This document shows, one piece after another, positions 58,037-64,000 of a stretch of DNA of 64,000 nucleotides. The notes beneath the pieces are model-generated. The model had not been told where the DNA came from. It saw only the letters and a program-made list of their open reading frames with translations, and did not search any database. Every line of letters begins with the position of its first letter. Position 1 is the stretch's first letter. The stretch comes from Arenicellales bacterium (GTDB lineage Bacteria > Pseudomonadota > Gammaproteobacteria > Arenicellales > JAJDZL01). The stretch covers positions 2,706,417 to 2,770,416 of the forward strand of contig OZ241380.1 in NCBI GenBank assembly GCA_965200765.1, given 5' to 3'. The translations under genes were made by a program, and so were the position numbers.

Positions 58037-59395
58037 ATGCACAATAATCGTTCAAACAGCACAAAATACCTTGCACATGGGGTCAAGCCGCATGTTGCTT
58101 CGGCACTTGGTCACAGTCACGGAAACACTGCGGAAAATGAAGATTTCAGCATGTATGAACATCTTCCGAGACAATCACTTGTCTCATTTGTCTTCAGGTT
58201 CCTTGTTTGTCTCAGCGTAGTTTCAGTATTGGTGTTCTACCCGTATACAACTGCTGAAACAGACCGGTATTCCAAGAACGTCTGGGGAGTCAAGGCACAA
58301 CACCTTGCGGATTCCATTACTCCAAAAGTTCGTAGCAACGAATTTCCCCAGAATGTCGGACTGCAAGTCGGCGAGGCAGAGTACGAAGCGATAGTCAATT
58401 ACACCATGCAACCCGAGCTGACCGATTATGTGGATGGATTGCTAACTCGATACAAGCCGGACTATGCGGCCGTCGTAGCAATGAAGCCTGAAACCGGGGA
58501 CATCCTCTTGATGACCAGCTTTGTACGAAATCAGGACGAATATCAAAATCTTGCACTGCATTCGGAGTTTCCGGCCGCTTCAATATTCAAGATCATCACC
58601 GCTGTTGCGGCAATTGACCAAGGTATCGCAACCCCGAAGACACTGTACAAGTACAACGGCAAAAAAACATCTCTGTACAAGAAGAATGTGCTCCGACACA
58701 AAGATAACAAGTGGACACAGACGGTAGACCTGCGTCAAGCGTTCGCGTCATCAATCAACACTGTCTTTGGAAAAATGGGCGTATTTCAGGTTGGCGGATC
58801 AACTTTGAATGACTATGCCAACCAGTTCGGGTTTAATCGGCCGTTGAGCTACGATTTACAATTTGCGCCCAGTAAAACCAATTTCGAACATAACAACGAC
58901 TGGGCAGTTGCTGAAACCGCTTCGGGGTATACAAAATCTACGACGATGAGTCCGCTACATGCGGCATTGGTTGCTTCAGCGATCGTCAACAATGGCATCA
59001 TGCCTGAACCCCGAATTGTAAAGAACGCGTTCTTGTCTCATGGCCCCCTTCTGTATAACAGGAAAAACAGTTCTACAAGAGTTGTCAGCAATGAGGTTGC
59101 CAATGATATGAAAGTCTTGATGCGCGCAACTGTTCGCAAAGGTTCAGCGAGAAAATCATTCAAGGGGTTTTTCCGCGGCAACTACAAGTCCTTGGATGTT
59201 GGTGGAAAAACCGGCTCATTGACAGGGCTGAATCCCAAAGGCAGAACGGAATGGTTCGTCGGATACGGTGATTCGGGCTCGGAAAAGATTGCTGTCGCAA
59301 CAGTCATAGTCAACAAGAAAAAGTGGCGTGTCAAGCCAGCGTATTTGGCGCGCAAAGTGATTGAAGAGTATTTCAAGCCAAATGCGAGTGGGTAA
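58037..59395 (+). CDS. Penicillin-binding protein, transpeptidase domain (class B-like, short)
   Basis: SxxK (AASIFKI), SxN (SSINT) and KTG (GKTGS) are present in the correct order, with an N-terminal TM anchor FVFRFLVCLSVVSVLVF. The start is uncertain (58007 TTG, 58037 ATG, or the MYEHL ATG). Confidence 0.8.
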   Translation: MHNNRSNSTKYLAHGVKPHVASALGHSHGNTAENEDFSMYEHLPRQSLVSFVFRFLVCLSVVSVLVFYPYTTAETDRYSKNVWGVKAQHLADSITPKVRSNEFPQNVGLQVGEAEYEAIVNYTMQPELTDYVDGLLTRYKPDYAAVVAMKPETGDILLMTSFVRNQDEYQNLALHSEFPAASIFKIITAVAAIDQGIATPKTLYKYNGKKTSLYKKNVLRHKDNKWTQTVDLRQAFASSINTVFGKMGVFQVGGSTLNDYANQFGFNRPLSYDLQFAPSKTNFEHNNDWAVAETASGYTKSTTMSPLHAALVASAIVNNGIMPEPRIVKNAFLSHGPLLYNRKNSSTRVVSNEVANDMKVLMRATVRKGSARKSFKGFFRGNYKSLDVGGKTGSLTGLNPKGRTEWFVGYGDSGSEKIAVATVIVNKKKWRVKPAYLARKVIEEYFKPNASG

Positions 59396-60078
59396 GCAAG
59401 TCTCTACCGCTATTGTCGGTTCAGGCATGAAGGCGTAATTGTTCCGGAAGTTCCATCCTGAACCAAGCCGCATGTGTTTCACCACGTGCACAAGAAATCT
59501 CTGCAACCATAGATTTCACCGACTGTGTGGGGAATGTTCCTTTGTGACAACAGGACCCATGATTTCTCTAGACTCAGAGGATGCTGTTCCTTTTCATGTC
59601 TGTGACATCGCTGATGCATGGTCACCCGCCTTGCTCAGGACCGAAAAGCACTTATTGCCGGTAATCTGCACCTACACCAAAATTTTTGCTACTTTAGTAT
59701 CTTATTGGTATACGAACAAGCGGCACAGGTTCCCCCTTTATATTGACTGACTCACTTCACTCCGGGGTCATGCCCACAGAAGTACGGCTGGCATTCTAGC
59801 CAAGCGATGTATTTCATCAACCCCTCCCATAGCTGATGATGCTACCTTGTTATCAGCGAACTGTTGGAACTCACCTACTCGCATTTGGCTAACAATTACT
59901 GTTCTCCATACTACAGCAGGACCTACACACAGACGGATGAGACAGATACATCACCGTCTTTTGTTGTATACAGCTCTTGAAAAACAGAGATCTTCGTCAT
60001 AATACGACAATTTCAGTCATACAAAATTTTCAGCTCTTGATTTTTAAAAAATTCTCAAGTATAAATTTGCACACTATT

Positions 60079-61476
60079 ATGACTTTTCTATACGAATTAT
60101 TTTCGAATACAGCAAGCAACATTCAAATGAAAGACCACTCAAAAATTATTTCAGACGCGAATTACGAGGGTGAGAACTTCACTAAAAACTGGCCCTGGGC
60201 GGCAGTGAATTTAATGAGTCAACATAAATCTCTAGTGCCCTTTCTACATATTGCCAACAATCCGGATACCATTGTACCTACTGTATCAAAAATGCTCTGT
60301 TGCTCTGGTTTGGAAGATTGCAAGAAAGCACAATACTTTGCCAAAGAGATGCCGCGTTACGCGGAATGTAGTGTTATTTCCAAATTGCTAGGCAAGGCGG
60401 ACAACAAAAAAGACATGCTACATAGGGCAATTTTGCTTGACGTAAATTATGACGAAAAAGGTGAACTGTTTCAAAGAATCGCAAATGCGCCTCGTTATGC
60501 CAAGGAACAGCTTGTATATGCTACGAATAATGCAAATTATTTGCAATCTGGTTCAATTGATCATTTATTAGGCAAGTTAATGGTTGCCGTTCTGGCTGGT
60601 ACGGATATTGATCCTCGTGATGTTCCCAATTTCAGAGTCTTTTATAGAGCATTGGAAGTTGTCTCACTTACTTGCTTCGCGTTGAATTATCAAGCACAAT
60701 GCGAGACGTTTACACCAAGTTACAATCACGAGTTTTATGCAGGTACACTTTCCATACTGAAAATGCTCTATACAAACAAGCCTGTTCCGACACCATATCA
60801 ACTTGCACGATTTGCGAAGCATGTTGATGACAATGTCTTTTCATACAGGAACTATCGAAGATATCGCGATCGTGGTGGGAATGTGTGTGGCAACGGAGTA
60901 ATACAAATGGATATAAAGAATCTCACTTGGCCTGCACCACCTGGTTGGGATAGTGAAATGGGTTTGCAAGGACAAATTGTGCCTTTGTTGAGTACAAAGT
61001 GCATATTGCAGGAAGGCAAGGAGAATAAGAACTGTCTGGAAACGGACATGGACTACATTATAGAAGCTGCTAGTGGCGATATTGCACTGTTCTCACTTCG
61101 CTTCAATAAGGCTCGTGCGACACTTATGCTGAATATGCATAAAAAGTCAAAAAAACAATTGAAGTTTGATATTGGAGAACTGAAAGGGCCGGGCAATGCA
61201 AAACCCACTTCCAAAATCAAGAATGCTTCTGATAATCTAGTAGCACAGTTAAATCGTCGTCAATCACTGTCTTTGCCAAAAGACAATTATCCATTGCAAA
61301 TTGATCATTTGAACAGTTTGATCATTCCGAAAGGAACTTCCCATGATTTGTGGAATTTATTTTCAGGTGTACTTCCAAACAGATTCCAATCGTACAGCAA
61401 ACTGGTATCCTACTATACAGATGCTTTGCGCACTATAAGGAATGACTACGACCAGACTATATGCGAATTGCTATGA
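60079..61476 (+). CDS. Hypothetical protein, paralog 1 of an uncharacterised pair
   Basis: Long AT-rich ORF. It shares blocks with 61970..63406: NWP.AA, MLCCSG..DC.KA, LLDVNYD..G.LFQRIAN.P.Y, PPGW, IVPLL, GD.AL..LRF and LQSYSKL.S.Y..AL. The start could be 60079 or 60127 (MKDH); the track's TTG at 59977 is unlikely. Confidence 0.65.
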   Translation: MTFLYELFSNTASNIQMKDHSKIISDANYEGENFTKNWPWAAVNLMSQHKSLVPFLHIANNPDTIVPTVSKMLCCSGLEDCKKAQYFAKEMPRYAECSVISKLLGKADNKKDMLHRAILLDVNYDEKGELFQRIANAPRYAKEQLVYATNNANYLQSGSIDHLLGKLMVAVLAGTDIDPRDVPNFRVFYRALEVVSLTCFALNYQAQCETFTPSYNHEFYAGTLSILKMLYTNKPVPTPYQLARFAKHVDDNVFSYRNYRRYRDRGGNVCGNGVIQMDIKNLTWPAPPGWDSEMGLQGQIVPLLSTKCILQEGKENKNCLETDMDYIIEAASGDIALFSLRFNKARATLMLNMHKKSKKQLKFDIGELKGPGNAKPTSKIKNASDNLVAQLNRRQSLSLPKDNYPLQIDHLNSLIIPKGTSHDLWNLFSGVLPNRFQSYSKLVSYYTDALRTIRNDYDQTICELL

Positions 61477-61835
61477 TGACGATTGATACTATCGCCATGG
61501 TATATACGATATTTGCGATTGCGGTGGCGTATGGCCTATTCTTGCTACATGATCAGGACGTAAACCACCGCGGCCTGAGTGGCGTCGATGCCATGCTCCG
61601 TTTGATGCACTTGCATAATACCCTCTCAGGAAAGCCAGTCAAGGATTGTTATCTGACGCTCTACATCAATGGTCGTCATTATCGTGCCACAGCAGTCCTC
61701 ACCGAAGATGACTGGTACTGCGTGTATTGCGTATTCGAGCGCGGCGCGGTCGTGGTATTCACCGAGACACGCGCCGAGATAGTCGAAGCGCTGACAGACG
61801 CATACCGGGGACTGGAGAAAGAGAGTACCGAATAG
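61473..61835 (+). CDS. Small hypothetical protein with an N-terminal TM helix, ATGA-coupled to paralog 1
   Basis: The ATG at 61473 overlaps the upstream TGA (61474-61476). TM segment is IAMVYTIFAIAVAYGLFLL. The gene is visibly GC-richer than the flanking paralogs. Confidence 0.5.
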   Translation: MMTIDTIAMVYTIFAIAVAYGLFLLHDQDVNHRGLSGVDAMLRLMHLHNTLSGKPVKDCYLTLYINGRHYRATAVLTEDDWYCVYCVFERGAVVVFTETRAEIVEALTDAYRGLEKESTE

Positions 61836-61837
61836 AC

Positions 61838-61954
61838 ATGCCGTACGGATTAATCTACCGTGTAGCATCCAAGCACTATATCAACGACCGGCGATTGCTC
61901 AATGAAATTGTAGAATTCTGCTCGTATCAGAACGATGCCACTATCCCCGAATAA
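61838..61954 (+). CDS. Possible 38-aa micro-ORF (MPYGLIYRVASKHYINDRRLLNEIVEFCSYQNDATIPE)
   Basis: The ATG lies 2 nt after the preceding stop and the ORF fills the gap before paralog 2. No other support. Confidence 0.25.
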   Translation: MPYGLIYRVASKHYINDRRLLNEIVEFCSYQNDATIPE

Positions 61955-61969
61955 ATCGCCGAGTCTATC

Positions 61970-63406
61970 ATGGATTTAAACGTAAAAATGAAGATTATTC
62001 TAGAAAAATCATCGTGCTCGACGTTGGAGTACGAGTATATCAGAAAAAACTGGCCGGAGGCCGCAATGCAACTTCAAAATCAATTGAAAATGGAAAATTA
62101 CCTGAAAGAACCTGAATTTATTTTTTCGACCGTGTCAAGTATGCTCTGTTGCTCAGGAAAAAAGGACTGCGAAAAAGCAAATCGTCTTACTGTTGAAATA
62201 CAACAATTCGCTAACAACAAGAATGTATTCAAGTTGTTGGATCAACTGTGCAAGAAACAAAATACGCGAATGCGAGCTGTACTGCTAGATGTTAACTATG
62301 ATCAAAATGGTGCATTGTTTCAAAGAATCGCAAATTCACCTGAATATGTAGTAAAGCAACTTAAATATGCCCTTGATGTCGGAGAGCATAGTCGATCCGG
62401 TACGGTTGACTTTTTACTTAGCAAACTGATTGTCAAATTGATTTGCGGTTCTGAAGTTCGTCCTAAAAACATGCCACATAAAGATTTAATCAGTCGCGCA
62501 CTGACGATTATGGCAAGAATGTGTTTCAGTGCAAATGTTAATCTTCAATGTAGACCATATGAATCCAGTTTCAATAAAGACATTTCAAAATCTCAAATAG
62601 ATTATAAAGGTGATCATTCATCATTAAACCTTTTTGATTCAAGTGATGAACTTGTAACTATGCCTAGCGTAATAGCAATTCTCAATTTGCTATATTTCGC
62701 TAACCCCGCTTTAACGCCAGAACAGTTTACGCGATTTGTTGAGAATGTTGTTGAAATCGGTCCGGTTAAGGTCGGAGGTGGAAGCGATATCTCAAATATT
62801 ACGACGATTGATTTGATGAACCAAAAGCTACCATCTCCACCAGGGTGGACTAAAGACTTGGAGTCAGACGGAAAAATAGTTCCTTTGCTAACCATGGACA
62901 GCATAAATCGAGAATGCAGAGAACATGATGTTGATTCCCCATACGAATACGGTGAAACTGCCAGACAAGCCGCTTGCGGTGACGTCGCACTATTAGCACT
63001 TCGTTTTGGAGAGCAACGCGGATTGTTGACCCTTGGTATGAATGGTGTCGTGATAAATGGCAAGAAAGCAACCAAATTTAAAGTATTGGATTTAGAGGAC
63101 AATGTTGAAAGTGTGGATATTGAGGAAATTGCAAATCAACTGGCAGAGCGATTAAACAAACGCCAAAGACCACTTGAACTTCAAGATTATCCTTTGACAG
63201 CCGAAAACAAATTTTCAGCTTTGCTTGTGCCAAAAGTTCACTCCGCGGAAGAATTGTGGGGTGAATATACAAAAGTTCTTCCAAAAGAGCTTCAATCGTA
63301 CAGCAAATTAATGTCGCACTATTCTGCCGCGTTGCACATGTTGCGCGATGAACTGGACTCGACCATTAGCAAGCAAGTCGAGTCGTTGAACTCCTGCCCG
63401 GTGTAG
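61970..63406 (+). CDS. Hypothetical protein, paralog 2 of the uncharacterised pair (478 aa)
   Basis: See paralog 1. By eye about one third of positions are shared across the full length. Confidence 0.7.
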   Translation: MDLNVKMKIILEKSSCSTLEYEYIRKNWPEAAMQLQNQLKMENYLKEPEFIFSTVSSMLCCSGKKDCEKANRLTVEIQQFANNKNVFKLLDQLCKKQNTRMRAVLLDVNYDQNGALFQRIANSPEYVVKQLKYALDVGEHSRSGTVDFLLSKLIVKLICGSEVRPKNMPHKDLISRALTIMARMCFSANVNLQCRPYESSFNKDISKSQIDYKGDHSSLNLFDSSDELVTMPSVIAILNLLYFANPALTPEQFTRFVENVVEIGPVKVGGGSDISNITTIDLMNQKLPSPPGWTKDLESDGKIVPLLTMDSINRECREHDVDSPYEYGETARQAACGDVALLALRFGEQRGLLTLGMNGVVINGKKATKFKVLDLEDNVESVDIEEIANQLAERLNKRQRPLELQDYPLTAENKFSALLVPKVHSAEELWGEYTKVLPKELQSYSKLMSHYSAALHMLRDELDSTISKQVESLNSCPV

Positions 63407-63582
63407 GTCAACCGCATTCAGGTTGTGTAGATATGCAGTCGAGGTTGCCCAATGCTTCGACTACACATGAGCATAATCAGACTGCGGGTTCAAATAGTAG
63501 CCACAGCCATAGTGCCTTTGGCTACTTGTTCCGTAAAAAACTGTATAATCAACTTCATTAATTTTCAAGCAAAGAAGTTGTA

Positions 63583-64000
63583 GTGGCAAGCACTGATAAA
63601 GTACCGAAAAAAACAGTTGGACTGTTTGCGACTTGCTTGGTTGACATTTTCAGGCCCGAGGTTGGATTTGCTACTGCGAAACTGCTTGAGGACGCTGGCT
63701 ACAAGGTGGATGTTCCAAAGGCTCAAACCTGTTGTGGTCAACCGTTGGTCAATAATGGCTCCTATGCAGGTGCGCGCCGTATTGCCAAAAAAATAATCAA
63801 AGTGTTTGAATCCTATGATTATGTCGTTGCACCATCGGGGTCCTGCACGGCCGTTTTGAAAGTGCACTTTCCGGAGTTGTTCCACAACAGTCCGGAACAA
63901 CAGAAAAAATGTCAATCACTCGCATCACGCGCATTCGAAATCACTGATTTTCTGGAAAACGTAGCAAGTGCAAACGTCACCGCTTCCTATGATGGACATT
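63583..64000 (+). CDS. lutA: LutA/LldE/GlcF-like (Fe-S) oxidoreductase with CCG domain, 5' partial (runs off the right edge)
   Basis: Hand translation from GTG 63583 gives VASTDKVPKKTVGLFATCLVDIFRPEVGFATAKLLEDAGYKVDVPKAQTCCGQP...APSGSCTAVLKVHFPELF. The ORF is open to the window end, so it is absent from the track. The minus ORF 63565..63915 is its shadow. Confidence 0.75.
   Translation, partial: MASTDKVPKKTVGLFATCLVDIFRPEVGFATAKLLEDAGYKVDVPKAQTCCGQPLVNNGSYAGARRIAKKIIKVFESYDYVVAPSGSCTAVLKVHFPELFHNSPEQQKKCQSLASRAFEITDFLENVASANVTASYDGH

Noticed and set aside
63470-63510. tRNA-like T-loop string GCGGGTTCAAAT, considered as a possible tRNA fragment or att site at the end of the paralog cassette
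   Set aside because: The following bases (agtagcc) cannot pair with GCGGG to form a T-stem. No acceptor or anticodon arms can be drawn.

Overview
This is a 64-kb chromosomal window, probably from a gammaproteobacterium. That placement is an inference from three gene arrangements: glyQ/S - gmhB-like - plsC synteny, glnA-ntrC, and a lexA-imuA-imuB-dnaE2 cassette. All calls come from reading the sequence and the ORF track by eye. No searches were run, domain boundaries are approximate, and identity statements are by-eye comparisons.

(1) 1-19155 is the 5' part of one giant minus-strand ORF of at least 6385 codons. It is absent from the ORF track because it has no stop inside the window. It encodes a Sec-signal-bearing repeat adhesin with putative Ig (He_PIG-like) domains, one FN3 domain, about 18 copies of an unassigned ~125-aa module, and about 29 Calx-beta units. 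The Calx-beta units form a 330-bp array with nested 660/1320-bp near-identical higher-order repeats. The plus-strand ORFs listed across this region are antisense shadows.

(2) 19.2-20.1 kb is a long leader upstream of the adhesin that contains a G12 homopolymer.

(3) 20.1-24.9 kb holds core genes: plsC, a degenerate GmhB-like HAD protein, a small MazG-like protein, and a fused glyQS.

(4) 25.2-30.5 kb is the most interesting locus. A C5-cytosine methyltransferase is translationally coupled to two tandem 656-aa paralogs that fuse a GHKL (MORC/MutL-like) ATPase to a C-terminal PD-(D/E)xK-type nuclease motif. The duplication junction is visible in the sequence: a 9-bp microhomology plus a relic of the methylase 3' end.

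(5) 30.8-38.6 kb holds core metabolism: a PP-loop/TusA pair, glnA, an orphan atypical ntrC with no ntrB, metK-ahcY, and a DUF465 protein.

(6) 38.6-41.4 kb is an AT-rich patch with an orphan ABC-type AAA ATPase flanked by broken Cys-rich ORF debris.

(7) 41.4-47.3 kb is a tightly coupled lexA-imuA-imuB-dnaE2 mutagenesis cassette with a non-canonical palindromic operator candidate.

(8) 47.8-48.5 kb is an MNT-HEPN toxin-antitoxin pair.

(9) 49-59.4 kb holds housekeeping genes: a GATase, pepN, a vWA + J-domain pair, an SGL dehydrogenase, an M24 peptidase, a GST, a formyltransferase and a PBP.

(10) 59.4-63.4 kb is an AT-rich cassette of two divergent paralogous ~470-aa proteins with no motif I recognise. 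They bracket an ATGA-coupled small membrane protein.

(11) 63583-64000 is a partial lutA-like gene.

No tRNA, rRNA, CRISPR array or intact transposase was seen.
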